From Octopus vulgaris (Eukaryota), in assembly GCA_951406725.2 (NCBI GenBank), contig OX597818.1:5394001-5458000 (forward strand): a stretch of DNA of 64,000 nucleotides, given 5' to 3'. The notes below the pieces were generated by a model, which worked only from the letters and a program-made list of their open reading frames with translations, had not been told where the DNA came from and made no database searches. Below, in pieces: positions 1 to 13,463 of this stretch. Each line of letters opens with the position of its first letter. The stretch's first letter is position 1. A program made the translations under genes and the position numbers.

Positions 1-3000
1 AAACAGTGCTCCGAAACCTATCCACAAACAAAGACATCGTATGAAGCCAAAAAATAACTGACAAAGGATTGAACTATATCCGAGTAAGTAATACTCATTG
101 AAATTTATTGCTATTTTTCAAATGAAATGATGTATTTTAACTCGATATCATCTCCAACCATGTAAACATGATTGATAATTACGATCCATCAATAACAGAT
201 CATCTCTGGCCCCAAACAACATGTACAAAAAAATTTCGAATAAATTAAATAATACCGGTATTATTCAACCCAAGAATAACAATCGGGAAGTGCGTACTTT
301 GAACCTGTTACACAGAAAGTACGAAACACTACCTGTGCAAAACAATGTGACAACAGAAATGAACGGTGCGGTACCCTACGAAAATGACGACCGTCAAAAT
401 AATGGGCCGGACGCTGCTCCTCATGTTCTGCAAATAAAACCAAAAAGGCATAAATGGACACGTGAGGAATACATTTCTATCCTACACGCTTACTTTACAG
501 CAGTTCTCTACCCAAAGAACGAAAACACAATAACATATACATATAAAATATGGAAGAAAAATAACATAAATAAAGACTTGGATACAGCAATGAACCCTAA
601 TAAACTAGCTAACGTATGAAGATATATTCTCAATGCAAAAACGTTACACACACATAGAAAAAGAAGATTTAAAAGGAAAAATACATCAGGAAAATGTAGA
701 TAGAAGCCACACAACAATGCCAAATAATATAAACACTGAGATAGTAAAACACGAAGACAAACAAAACATTTCCAACAAAAACGATGTAAACAAAAAACAA
801 CAAACCCAGACCGTAAGGAAGCATAATAATGCACGACAAGCAGCAAGCCAAAACACGACAGGCAAACCTACGAATGAGAAAGAAAGCGACACAAATCTAA
901 AACCTGGAAACATCGAAGGGGAGCCTAATTATTATGATACTATAAAAAGTAGAATAATCAAAGAACTGAAAAACACAGATCTCAAAATGGACCACCAACC
1001 AAACCTCCCAAAAATCAAAATAGACAAAAAAACAACATCAATAAAAAACAGCATAAACCTAGCCGTCACAGAGCTAATAGCAACTGAAACAAATAGCGAT
1101 ATCACTGAGCTAAATGAAATAGTATATGCAGCAGCCACTGCAGCCACAAAAGAAGCTGGATACTCCCTCAAACCCATACAAACAGGAGTACCACCACCCA
1201 AACAAACCCTGTGGATAAATAACATAAAAAAATGCAAAGAATTACGAAAGATCTGTCGATTCTTAACTAAATTCGTAGACAATCAACGCTACTAAGCAAC
1301 AAAAAGAAAACAAAAATACTGTGCAAATACAACATCGCAGAAAACGGTTTACCTGAGATAAAAGAAAAGCTAAAATATGATACTCTTACCAGAGCACAAA
1401 GGATCTTCCGGTATGAGAAACACCAACGGTTCTTTGAACAAAACAAACAGTTCAACTCCAACTCCAAAAAGTTCTACCAAGAACTTGGCAAAAATAAAAT
1501 AGACATCATTGCAGCACCAACGGCAGAAGAAGTGGATGAATTGTGGAAACAAATATGGTCGGCGAATGAACAACCACAAAAAAGGAGCATTAAAACAACA
1601 AACTCAGCATCTGAGCAACTCTGGACCCCCATAACAACTGAAGAGGTCACCCAGGCACTGAAAAGACTAAGCAACTGGAAGGGACCTGGGAACGAAAAGA
1701 TCCACAACTTCTGGCTGAAATATCTGACAGTAATACACAAAAAGCTGGCTGAAAACTTTTACAACATACTGGCAGAGCCAGACACAGTCCCTGTGTGGCT
1801 CACGAAAGGGAAAACCATCTCAATTCCCAAATCCAATGAAACGGCAAAACCAAAAAACTACAGACCTATAACCTGTCTCCGTACTATGTACAAAGCCTTT
1901 GTTGCAGTAATACCACAAAGATTGAATGAGCACCTGGACGAAAACAACCGCAAGGGCTCATATGGCTGTAAAGATCAACTAATGATCAATAAAGCCATAA
2001 CTGAAGACAGCCGCAGAAAGAAGAAAGGCTTCAGTATGGCCTGGGTCGACTACCGAACGACGTTTGATAGCATTCCCACACATGGATCCTCGAAACACTA
2101 GCCATTAACAAAGTAGCACCAACAATTATAAAATGCATAGTACATTCTATGAATAAATGGCAGACTGTGCTACAGCTCCAAACAAAAGAGGGACTCGTGT
2201 AAACCAAAGCCATCCCCATTAGAAGAGGAATATTCCAGGGAGACACGCTCTCTCCACTCCTTTTCTGTTTGGTATTGTCACCTCTATCTGATATGCTAAA
2301 TAGAACTGGATGCGGATATAAATGTTACGGCAAAACAATCAGCCACCTTTTATATATGGATGACCTAAAACTGTACGCTACAAATGACAAACAGCTAGAA
2401 ACACTACTAAAGACAGTTCATGGACTTATCAAAGAAATAGATATGAAATTTGGATTAGAAAAATGCGCCAAAGTAACCATGAAAAGAGGAAAACTAGTAA
2501 AGAGTAGCAACATCACACTAGATAAAGCCAATGAAATATGAGAATTAGACCAAAGCCAAACTTACAAATACTTAGGAGTCCATGGACTAGATAAGACACA
2601 ACACACACAAATGTAAGAGAAAATAAAAAAAAGAATATTATAGACGAGTAGATCAATAATCAAACAGAGCTCAATGCTAATAACAATAGGTATTAACACT
2701 TTAGCCGTCCTAGTTATAAGTTACAGCTAAAATACCATTAAGTGGACACTAAATGAACTGACCAAAATAGATAGGAATACAAGAAAAATAATGACAGGAT
2801 CTAGGATGCATCACCCAAAATCTGACATAGAAAGTTTATATATACAACGTATAGAAGGGGGTAGAAGCCTAATACAGCTGAAAAACTATTATAAAATAAC
2901 CACCATAGGACTGCAAAAATACCTACTTCATAAGCAAGGAAAACTGATACAAATATCGGCAAAACTGTTCTCAGTATTTAAGGAAACTGACAAATACAAA

Positions 3001-3970
3001 CGAGAAATCATACCACTTAACAAATATGAAGAAGAAGATGAAGAAACAACAAAAGCTATAGAACAAATGAAATCCAAACTAAAACTAGAACAGCAACGAA
3101 CCATGATAAAACGACGGCAAGAAAAGCCCCTTCATGGCAAATACTGGATTAAACTAAATGCAAAAGAAATAGACAAAGAAAAATCCCAGCAATGGTTGAG
3201 AAGCTCAGGACTCAAAGTAGAGACAGAGGGATTTTTTAATTGCAGCACAAGACCAAAGCCTCTCCACCAGAAATTACCAAAAGCATATAATGAAAAGAAA
3301 TATAACAAATAACTGCAGAATATGTGGAGATGGACAAGAAACAATAAATCATATCTCTGGCTGCCCAGTCCTGGCTAAGAAGGAATATATTCACAGACAC
3401 AACAGAATTGTGACTTTCATACACTGGAAGCTATGCCAACATTATGAAATAACAAGAGAAAGAAGATGGCATAGGCACACCCCTGAAAAGGTCATAGAAA
3501 ACGAGAAAGCAACCATACTCTGGGATATGCCAATACACACAGAGAAATTAAGGCCAACAGACCAGATATAGTTGTCATATATCATGAAAAAAAAAATGTT
3601 TTCTAATTGCTGTATCAATACCGGCAGATGACAACGTATCTCTAAAAGAAATGGAGAAACTTTCAAAATACAAAGACCTGGAAATAGAGGTAACTCGAAT
3701 GTGGAATCTAAAAACAGAGACAATTCCTATCATAGTAGGTGCATTAGGCATGATAAAAAAAATATTCAGACAAATACATAACAAAAATACCAGGACTTAC
3801 AAACACATATAACATACAGAAAATTGCACTACTGGGCACTGCCCACATCCTACGCAGAACACTTTCCATACAATAACCATCAGAGCATCACAACAAATCA
3901 CAGCACATACCCAAAGCACACAGAGCTGCGCTCGGTAGTGAAGTGAAAGCACGCTATAAAAATAAAACTG

Positions 3971-3974
<4 letters not shown>
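1..3974 (+). mobile_element. Decayed R4/Dong-type non-LTR retrotransposon (RT, CCHC finger, restriction-like endonuclease)
   Basis: Broken ORFs carry NWKGPG, NYRPITCL, HLLYMDDLKL (RT), CRICGDGQETINHISGCPVL (CCHC) and ILWDMPIHT..RPD (RLE). Many stops and frameshifts. Ends in (TAA)n. Confidence 0.9.

Positions 3975-4040
<66 letters not shown>
3975..4040. repeat. (TAA)n microsatellite, tail or target of the R4/Dong element
   Basis: Seen directly. Confidence 0.95.
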
Positions 4041-4042
<2 letters not shown>

Positions 4043-4219
4043 GCTCTTGAAACTCTACCACATAGCTGGATTAAGAACCTTCTCCTTGAAACTGCTTGTC
4101 TGTAAGTATGAGATCATGGAGGCCCACTATGGCTTTGAACAGTGACAATGAATCTTTTAATGCTGGAGATACAAGAATTTAATGTGGCATTTTCCAGGCT
4201 GCCACTCTAGCTACACTCT

Positions 4220-5860
4220 TCTTTGAAATCCCGTGCTAAAACTGCTGCCTTATACTTTCTTACTGATAAATGGCATAAAAAAACCTCTCAATGGCAAAAA
4301 AAAAACCACCACCTCGCCTGGAAATCCATCAAAGACCTATCAGGCAAAAATTCTGGGTCATCAATTAGAATTAAAGGGGGATCAGCTAAGAAGCGTTTAG
4401 AAAATTGGTCAACCCATTTTAAAAACCTCCTTGGGAAGAATGCCAAAATCCCTGATAACCCCACTCTTCCAAGTGTGCCTATATCAGACACGCTGGACAT
4501 CAACACCTCCCTTTTACCATATTTGAACTAACAGCAGCCACCAAGCAACTAAAAGCCTCGAAAGCATTTGGTCCCAACAACATCCCAGCTGTAATTTGGA
4601 AGGATGATAGATTTCACACACTTTTGCTCAACCTCTGCAACCACACACTTTCCACCTTTGTCGCTCCAAAGATTTGGCACCAATCTCAAATCATTCCAAT
4701 ACCCAAAAAAGGCGATTTATCCCTCGTCACCAACTACAGGGGTATATCTCTAATGTCAATTGATGCAAAACTGTACAACAAACTGATCCTAAATCGTCTT
4801 GTCCTTTTTGTTGAACCTTTGCTCCGAAAGAACCAAAATGGATTCAGACATGGGCGCTCAACGCTGAGCCAGATACTATGCCTACGCAGACTTATTGAAG
4901 AATCAAAAGCATTTAATCGCGATCTTGGTATTTGTAGACTTTTCTAAAGCGTTTGATTCTGTAGATAGGTACAAGATGTTTGAAATCCTTAAGCTCTATG
5001 GGATACCAGACAAAATCATTTCTGCCATCAAGGTCCTCTACACAGATACGTCGTCAACCATCTTAACCCCTGACGGAGAAACACCATCTTTCTCAATCAA
5101 AGCCGGAATACTGCAGGGAGATACACTCGCCCCATTTCTTTTCATCATTGTTGTTGATTATGTGCTACGTATGTCAGTTGATACCATCTTTGGCAAGGGC
5201 TTTGAAATAAAACCAAGAAGAAGTTCCAGACACCCAGCTGAGTACTTGACAGACACTGACTTTGCTGACGACATCGCTCTTATCAGTGATTCTCTCTCCA
5301 ATGCCCAGTCTCTTTTACAATCTCTTGAACAAGCCTCAAATTGTGTAGGTCTTTACCTCAATGAGGCCAAAACTGAATACATAAACAAGTGCCTGTCCAA
5401 CAGTGATTGCATCATCCATACTCTCAACAGTGCGCCTTTAAATATGGTTTCTGATTATAAATATCTTGGGTCATACATATCATCATCTGGAAAAGACTTT
5501 CTAACTAGAAAGGGTATGGCCTGGTCAGCCTGTAATGACATGCATAAGATCTAGTCATCAAATCTAAGTAGAGACTTCAAACTTGAAATATTCAAAGCCA
5601 CAGTCGAACCAATTCTACTATATGGCTCAGAAACCTGGACGTTATCAAAGAAGCTCGAGAGGCGGTTGGATGGAACCTACACTCGCCTCCTTATGAGAGC
5701 TCAAAATCTCTCGTGGAAGCGCCATCCAACCAAAATGTAAATATATGGGAAACTACCACCTATGTCATCCCTTGTGAAAGGTAGGAGAGTCCAGTTTGCT
5801 GGACATTGTTGTAGAGCTGAAAAAGAAGTAATTTCTACTCTTCTCCTCTGGAAGCCATCT
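4220..5860 (+). mobile_element. Decayed RTE-like LINE reverse transcriptase fragment
   Basis: NYRGISL, QNGFR, VDFSKAFDSV, GILQGDTLAPFLF, DFADDIAL, YKYLGS, LLYGSETW; frameshifted. Confidence 0.85.
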
Positions 5861-6229
5861 ATGTAGTTAAATGATCTTGCTCACGTGACAAGACAATTGT
5901 TAAAAGGTTAAAGTGGATTCCCGTGAAGTTGCTGATGGGATTTTTCAAAAGCATGTTCTTCTCTCCAGTGATGTCAGGAAAATAACCACCCTCACGGAGC
6001 ATAAAACCGTTTTCTAGTCATTAACTGAAAGTGTTCTATAGTAATATGCTTTATATAATGTTCACCAAATTACTGCATCTCTAACCATTAAGTCGTGTTA
6101 TTGATTTTTATCTTCCTTCTTCCCTCTTATTCATACTTATTTACGCTTTTCTTTTATTTATTCATCCTCGTGTTCACCACTGTATATCACTTCTTCGTTC
6201 ACATTGCAGCTTATATTTATTAATTAATG

Positions 6230-6520
6230 TGACATGGTGATATGCGTAATTATCAGTTAGGTTGACTCTTACCAAAGTACTAAACTCAGAATATAAAGGC
6301 AATAGAGGCAATCTAAATATCATGCAGACCCTCCTTAACAACCTGCGACCAGCCATGAAAAACAGAAAATAGCTTCATGAAGCATTCTGGTTACTATAGC
6401 AACACGGGTTTGTTCATCTCATCCTCTTGCTCACTCACATATCTGAGCAACGATCTTTATCCCTCCCTCGCTTATCTACATGCCCTGAAGAAAAGGTCAT
6501 AGCCCTGAAATATAGAAACT
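6230..6520 (+). mobile_element. Penelope-like 3' remnant with a degenerate hammerhead
   Basis: EAI*ISCRPSL resembles the PLE C-terminal EAIxI..PSLN motif. CTGAAGA..GAAA at 6485-6510 lacks a clear stem I. Confidence 0.4.
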
Positions 6521-6589
6521 TTTTGTATTTTATTTTGTATCTTTTCGCATTGTTCCGGTCTTACTCAAGAAGTCGCTTTAATATATTTT

Positions 6590-7500
6590 AGGATGGTACT
6601 ATTTCAATGATAGGAAGACAGAAAGTGGGAGAAATCCATAATATTTTATAAGGAGCAAATTTGATCGTATGCAGGAAAGATCTTTATTTTTAATATTTTC
6701 ATCGAGAATCGGATCATGGTTAAACGTTTCAATGAATCAAAAATATTTAACAACTATAATTTTTAGAAATACCGAAGGAGTTGTTTCATCTACCGAAAAC
6801 AGAGAATTATTTTAGAATTCTCAAAGTACGTAGATGTTGATTGTAAACATCCATCTTATTCTTTACAACAGTTGAATTCCTGTCAGTGATACAGCTCTAT
6901 GATCCATTTATTTCACATTGGATTACTTAAGATATTTTTATTCAGTGAAACCAAATTAAGCTCTCGCTTAACAGGCTTTGAAAGTACCTCATATAAGTGT
7001 GTGCTATTGAAATGTGGAGCCTATATTCCGCTGGGTAATTCTCCTTAGTAAATGGTAAAATATGTTTTGCAACACACGAAAAGTAGCGTTGGTCAATTTC
7101 AGCGAGAAACTCAACTATCCTTTTTGCTTTTCTTCACAAGATGAAGAAAAATTGTGTACAATTAGTCTCATCATCCCGGAGCACAATACTAAATTATTGA
7201 TAATTTTATTCTAAAATAAGAAATGTTATCTTGCTATAAGCAATCATTGCCGAAAAAATAAAGTGTGTTTGCCAACATTTAAGAATATTTTGTTACGGGT
7301 TCAACGGCAATCTTGAGATGGAAACATGAAATTCAGAGTATTGTGATAGACCTATTACGATACGGTGCCCGATGAATTAAATGTAGCCAAATACAGTTTC
7401 ACAAATTAAAGAACGTGTAAAATAAAAGTATTTTTGTACCAGAAGTATGCAATTTTGTTAGTTTCACGCTTGCAAGAATTGAAATTTATATACTGGGATA
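6590..7500 (+). mobile_element. Possible hAT (Buster/Charlie-like) transposase relic
   Basis: DGTISMIG resembles DGAxxMxG, plus a weak DIF..L..G-like motif; heavily decayed. Confidence 0.3.
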
Positions 7501-7569
7501 ATGGTTATTTAAAACGTAAGAATCATACTATGTGAAATTTCAATTGTATCAAATATGAATGTGTTCAGA

Positions 7570-8300
7570 TCAATAAGTATCCGGACTATTGCTGTAGTAA
7601 CGAAGCTAAAATACAGAGAGTAAAGCTGCTTGGTACAGATTGACCTTAAACACCATTGTGCATGCACACTAAGTGTCAAAGTTCTAGCTCATGCTTACAG
7701 CAGTGTTTGGAAGGAAGATGTGTAGCGTGTGATCGTCGATTTGACCATGACAGAGAAGGTTAAGCAGAGAATCTGCATCAAATTTTGCCAAAAGCTTGGC
7801 GATACTTGCTCAGAGGCCTACGCAAAGTTTTCAAAAAGTTTTCATCATGCTCGACACAATCAAGTAAATCTCGTGCAACCGAAAGCCGAGTGTCTTTTTG
7901 GTCAACTGAAAGCAGTTTTGACACAACGACAGATACGCGTCTCATACCCAAATCTTCAGTGATAATGGACTGCACTCAACTGTAACTAATCTAAATATCC
8001 TCTGATAACTCACGGATGGTTATTCAGCGATTTCCCCTCACAGCTGCACGCACATCTGCGATTATTTTCTAAGTTCTGCTGGTTGAGGATCTCTCGGAAC
8101 TTTCGTCAATATTAACATTTTTTCGGCCAACATGGAAACATCTGAAGCGCTCGTACACTTGTGTGCGTTCATACACCCACCTACAGACACTATCTGCAAC
8201 TTTGCATACGCCTCTGAGCGCATATCGCCATCACAACTTTCTCTGTCACGGTCAATGCGACGATCACACGCTACACAATTTCCTTCCAAGCACTGCTGTA
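7570..8300. mobile_element. Two mariner 5' fragments in inverted orientation
   Basis: QRICIKFCQKLGDTCSEAYAK on +; ITEDLGMRRVS..LLSVDQKDTRL on -. About 7706-7830 is an inverted copy of about 8180-8290. Confidence 0.75.
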
Positions 8301-9242
8301 ACCATATCTCGCACGTGTTCATATGCCATCACAAAAATAGGAGTTAAAATGTTCCTAGAGTCACACCGACAATTTCCTTTTAACATCCGAATAAACCTTA
8401 GTACAATATTTAAAAAAATAATATCAAGAAATATTTACAATTTATAAATAAAAATAGATAAAAAAAAAGAAATATTCCACACGTCGGCTATTAATGAATA
8501 AGAATGTAGAATGACAGGTAAATAGATTATACAATAAAAAATTGAATTAGAAATCAAATATATAAATTAGATTAAAAATATGTAGAAAAATAACGAAACA
8601 AAATGCAAAATATTGCATTGAAACTGGAAGATTATATGAAATTACTTTCTGAAGCTCTTTTGTTGTATACATCTGTCAGTTATATTTATTTATTATTACC
8701 ACCAGGTGTTCAACTGCTATACATAATATTACTATGCTTATATCTACATAAGCACTCAAACACACATACATAGACTCACATATATGCATATGCTTATATG
8801 CGGTAAACATAAATCTGTACACCCAGACACACATACTCATATAAATTCCTATATTTACATAATATCTCATTCTTTTGTTGCCATTTATTATTATTATTAA
8901 TATATATATATACATACACACACACACACATATGTATATATATATATATATAACGATAAGATCGTTATTTAAAATCATGGTGCTGTATGAATACTTGATG
9001 TGGTTTTAGAGACATGTTTTGACTGCTAGCTCTAGCATGCTGGTATCTTTTAGATATCCTTAATCATAATTTTAAATATATTATATGTATATATATATAT
9101 ATATATATATTAATAAAAAGAATTCCAACCTTGTCTGATTTTCACGTTTTATTTACAATCTTATAATGATATATTATAAGATAATATATTATAATTGAAT
9201 AAAATAAAATGAAATAGTAGAATGTTAAATATTCATTCTGAT

Positions 9243-9287
9243 TGAACTAGTACTTTCATGCATTGAATTCTGCAATCTTCGGGTTCA
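9243..9287 (-). ncRNA. Minimal type I hammerhead ribozyme, left PLE arm
   Basis: Exact mirror of 13464-13508. Confidence 0.75.
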
Positions 9288-9781
9288 TGTAGTAGTGTTG
9301 ACAGTCATGCTTCACAATTTTTGACTGTAGCAAGATGAGTGATTCTGTGCTATAAATACAGCTGGGTAGGCTCCAGAGTGCTAGGTTTTGCAAACTGTAT
9401 TCTGACCAATCAGTGTGTAGTATCACTCAATTACTTAAGCTGATTGGTTGGTTGAGCTGATTGGTTTAGGCATCACGCTTTGTTGGACAGGTCAAGAGTC
9501 CTGTATCTTGACCCTGGCCGAAGCAGCAATTGTTGGGTTATTTTTAGAAATGTTGTAAATATCCTTTGTCAGAGATTTTTATATTTTTATATTTCAATTG
9601 TCATCATCATCATTGTCAGCACCTTAATTATTGTTGCTAGTGGTGATGGTGGTGGCAATAGAACTTTTAACCCTAAATAAGATAATTTTCCTGCTATCTT
9701 CGTCTTGATCACCTTTAGTATTGTTGTTGTTGTTAGTGGTCATGGTCGTAGCAGTGGAAGTAATACCTCTAAGTATTATTA

Positions 9782-11416
9782 TTATTGCTTATTTAGCTTG
9801 GGTTCGAATTTATCAATAAAATTCTTTTCTCTGATTTTCCTCTCGATTTCACTTGGGCTGTGTAATTTGTAGAATGGAAATATTATATATATTTTCCGAC
9901 CACATGTTGCTAGGTGGTTACTCAAAGGTATCTGACGGACCTCTGGGTCTCTAATCTGTTGCCGGTGTACACGTGAGCGTTCTAATAGTGCGTTTCCCGT
10001 CTGACCTACATATATTTCTTCACAATTTGGGCATTTGATGCAGTAAATTAAATTTCTGCTTTTGCAGTTCATATTCTCGTTTGTGAATATTTTCCCGGTT
10101 TTTGTGTTTATATATTGACCGGTATGTATGAATTGGCATGTGCCACATCGGCTATCATTGCATTTAGATACCGTGAATGTTTGGTCTTTGTTGCTGAGGT
10201 CAAATTTTGCCTTTGTTAGTAATGTTTTCAAGTTTTTAGGCTGTCTTTTACTAAGCACCATAGCTCGATCCTTGATTATGTCTTTTAATTCATTACTTTG
10301 GGCAATGATTGGTAGGTTTGCTTTGGCAATGTTGAAGATATTCTGGTGACATGGGTTGTGTGTCACTATGAATGGTATGACTTGTTCTTGTTTTCCTCTT
10401 CCTTGGGTTGTCCTAAGTTGTTGTATAGGTATTTTTATAGCCCGCTGTATGCCATTTTCTATAAGTAGAGATGGGTATTTTTGTTTGAGCAAAAATTCTC
10501 TTAGTTCTATTAGGCGTTTGTTCCTGATATTTGCATCTTCTACAATAGTACAAATTCTTCTGGCTAGGCAGTATGGGATGTTACGTTTTGTATGTGGTGG
10601 ATGGCACGACTTAAAATTTAGGTATTGATGTGTGTCTGTGTGTTTATAGTATATATCTGTGGTGATGGTGGTGTCTTTTTTAATTACCATTATATCCAGG
10701 AATGGTAATTTGGTACTACTCATCTCCTTTGTAAATTTGAGAGATGGGTGTAGGTTGTTCAGGAGGATATTGAACTCTTCCAGAGTATTTAGAGATTCTG
10801 TCCAGATTATGAAACAGTCGTCTAGGTATCTCTTCCATGCCTTTTCAATATACTTTCTAAATCCAGTGCCATAGTTTACCTCCACCTCTTGGTAGAGTTG
10901 TTCTTCTAAGTATCCCATTACAGAGTTGGCGTAAACGGGAGCAAACCTCGTTCCCATCGCCGTGCCTCTAATTTGGATGTAATTCTTTCCATTGAAGAAG
11001 AATGTGTTATTTTCTAGAATAAGTTTGACTGTGTCTAATATAAATAGCACTGTGAATCTGCTGGGAATCACTTCTCTATGTTTTTCTAACCAGTATTTAA
11101 TCGCCTTTATTCCTAAATCGTGTGGAATATTGGTGTAGAGGCTTACCACATCAAAACTTAGTAAAACTGAATTTGTTTCTGTTGTTTTGGGAAGATGGGA
11201 CAGGAAGTCGATGTCATCCCTGATGAAACTTGGTATGTAAGTACATAGTGGTTTCAAAACAATGTCAATAAAATTGCTTAGACGGTGTGTAGGGCATGCT
11301 GGACCAGCTATAATAGGTCTAAGTTTTAGGTCTTTTGGATGTAATAATTTTATGTACTCACTTTCTTGTTCTTTTACTGCCTGTTGAAAGTGAGTACATA
11401 AAATTATTACATCCAA
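9782..11416 (-). CDS. PLE reverse transcriptase plus GIY-YIG endonuclease, 5'-truncated but uninterrupted
   Basis: LRPIIAG, SFDVVSLYTNI, GTAMGTRFAP, RYLDD, LPFLD, a CxxxxCxxC linker (Neptune-like) and LIYCIKC..YVGQT. The first ~10 codons come from the opposite arm. Confidence 0.9.
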   Translation of the reverse strand: MDVIILCTHFQQAVKEQESEYIKLLHPKDLKLRPIIAGPACPTHRLSNFIDIVLKPLCTYIPSFIRDDIDFLSHLPKTTETNSVLLSFDVVSLYTNIPHDLGIKAIKYWLEKHREVIPSRFTVLFILDTVKLILENNTFFFNGKNYIQIRGTAMGTRFAPVYANSVMGYLEEQLYQEVEVNYGTGFRKYIEKAWKRYLDDCFIIWTESLNTLEEFNILLNNLHPSLKFTKEMSSTKLPFLDIMVIKKDTTITTDIYYKHTDTHQYLNFKSCHPPHTKRNIPYCLARRICTIVEDANIRNKRLIELREFLLKQKYPSLLIENGIQRAIKIPIQQLRTTQGRGKQEQVIPFIVTHNPCHQNIFNIAKANLPIIAQSNELKDIIKDRAMVLSKRQPKNLKTLLTKAKFDLSNKDQTFTVSKCNDSRCGTCQFIHTGQYINTKTGKIFTNENMNCKSRNLIYCIKCPNCEEIYVGQTGNALLERSRVHRQQIRDPEVRQIPLSNHLATCGRKIYIIFPFYKLHSPSEIERKIREKNFIDKFEPKLNKQ

Positions 11417-12969
11417 AAGACCTAAAACTTAGACCTATTATAGCTGGTCCAGCATGCCCTACACACCGTCTAAGCAATTTTATTGACATTGTTTTGAAAC
11501 CACTATGTACTTACATACCAAGTTTCATCAGGGATGACATCGACTTCCTGTCCCATCTTCCCAAAACAACAGAAACAAATTCAGTTTTACTAAGTTTTGA
11601 TGTGGTAAGCCTCTACACCAATATTCCACACGATTTAGGAATAAAGGCGATTAAATACTGGTTAGAAAAACATAGAGAAGTGATTCCCAGCAGATTCACA
11701 GTGCCATTTATATTAGACACAGTCAAACTTATTCTAGAAAATAACACATTCTTCTTCAATGGAAAGAATTACATCCAAATTAGAGGCACGGCGATGGGAA
11801 CGAGGTTTGCTCCCGTTTACGCCAACTCTGTAATGGGATACTTAGAAGAACAACTCTACCAAGAGGTGGAGGTAAACTATGGCACTGGATTTAGAAAGTA
11901 TATTGAAAAGGCATGGAAGAGATACCTAGACGACTGTTTCATAATCTGGACAGAATCTCTAAATACTCTGGAAGAGTTCAATATCCTCCTGAACAACCTA
12001 CACCCATCTCTCAAATTTACAAAGGAGATGAGTAGTACCAAATTACCATTCCTGGATATAATGGTAATTAAAAAAGACACCACCATCACCACAGATATAT
12101 ACTATAAACACACAGACACACATCAATACCTAAATTTTAAGTCGTGCCATCCACCACATACAAAACGTAACATCCCATACTGCCTAGCCAGAAGAATTTG
12201 TACTATTGTAGAAGATGCAAATATCAGGAACAAACGCCTAATAGAACTAAGAGAATTTTTGCTCAAACAAAAATACCCATCTCTACTTATAGAAAATGGC
12301 ATACAGCGGGCTATAAAAATACCTATACAACAACTTAGGACAACCCAAGGAAGAGGAAAACAAGAACAAGTCATACCATTCATAGTGACACACAACCCAT
12401 GTCACCAGAATATCTTCAACATTGCCAAAGCAAACCTACCAATCATTGCCCAAAGTAATGAATTAAAAGACATAATCAAGGATCGAGCTATGGTGCTTAG
12501 TAAAAGACAGCCTAAAAACTTGAAAACATTACTAACAAAGGCAAAATTTGACCTCAGCAACAAAGACCAAACATTCACGGTATCTAAATGCAATGATAGC
12601 CGATGTGGCACATGCCAATTCATACATACCGGTCAATATATAAACACAAAAACCGGGAAAATATTCACAAACGCGAATATGAACTGCAAAAGCAGAAATT
12701 TAATTTACTGCATCAAATGCCCAAATTGTGAAGAAATATATGTAGGTCAGACGGGAAACGCACTATTAGAACGCTCACGTGTACACCGGCAACAGATTAG
12801 AGACCCAGAGGTCCGTCAGATACCTTTGAGTAACCACCTAGCAACATGTGGTCGGAAAATATATATAATATTTCCATTCTACAAATTACACAGCCCAAGT
12901 GAAATCGAGAGGAAAATCAGAGAAAAGAATTTTATTGATAAATTCGAACCCAAGCTAAATAAGCAATAA
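11335..12969 (+). CDS. PLE reverse transcriptase plus GIY-YIG endonuclease, 5'-truncated (mirror copy)
   Basis: Same protein from ESEY (11386) onward except L/P and E/A. The first 17 codons are antisense junction sequence behind a TTG start. Confidence 0.9.
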   Translation: MDVIILCTHFLVLLLPVESEYIKLLHPKDLKLRPIIAGPACPTHRLSNFIDIVLKPLCTYIPSFIRDDIDFLSHLPKTTETNSVLLSFDVVSLYTNIPHDLGIKAIKYWLEKHREVIPSRFTVPFILDTVKLILENNTFFFNGKNYIQIRGTAMGTRFAPVYANSVMGYLEEQLYQEVEVNYGTGFRKYIEKAWKRYLDDCFIIWTESLNTLEEFNILLNNLHPSLKFTKEMSSTKLPFLDIMVIKKDTTITTDIYYKHTDTHQYLNFKSCHPPHTKRNIPYCLARRICTIVEDANIRNKRLIELREFLLKQKYPSLLIENGIQRAIKIPIQQLRTTQGRGKQEQVIPFIVTHNPCHQNIFNIAKANLPIIAQSNELKDIIKDRAMVLSKRQPKNLKTLLTKAKFDLSNKDQTFTVSKCNDSRCGTCQFIHTGQYINTKTGKIFTNANMNCKSRNLIYCIKCPNCEEIYVGQTGNALLERSRVHRQQIRDPEVRQIPLSNHLATCGRKIYIIFPFYKLHSPSEIERKIREKNFIDKFEPKLNKQ

Positions 12970-13463
12970 TAATAATACTTAGAGGTATTACTTCCACTGC
13001 TACGACCATGACCACTAACAACAACAACAATACTAAAGGTGATCAAGACGAAGATAGCAGGAAAATTATCTTATTTAGGGTTAAAAGTTCTATTGCCACC
13101 ACCATCACCACTAGCAACAATAATTAAGGTGCTGACAATGATGATGATGACAATTGAAATATAAAAATATAAAAATCTCTGACAAAGGATATTTACAACA
13201 TTTCTAAAAATAACCCAACAATTGCTGCTTCGGCCAGGGTCAAGATACAGGACTCTTGACCTGTCCAACAAAGCGTGATGCCTAAACCAATCAGCTCAAC
13301 CAACCAATCAGCTTAAGTAATTGAGTGATACTACACACTGATTGGTCAGAATACAGTTTGCAAAACCTAGCACTCTGGAGCCTACCCAGCTGTATTTATA
13401 GCACAGAATCACTCATCTTGCTACAGTCAAAAATTGTGAAGCATGACTGTCAACACTACTACA

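Noticed and set aside
10128-12623. Duplicate short ORFs on both strands (71-90 aa)
   Set aside because: Antisense shadows of the palindromic PLE ORF.
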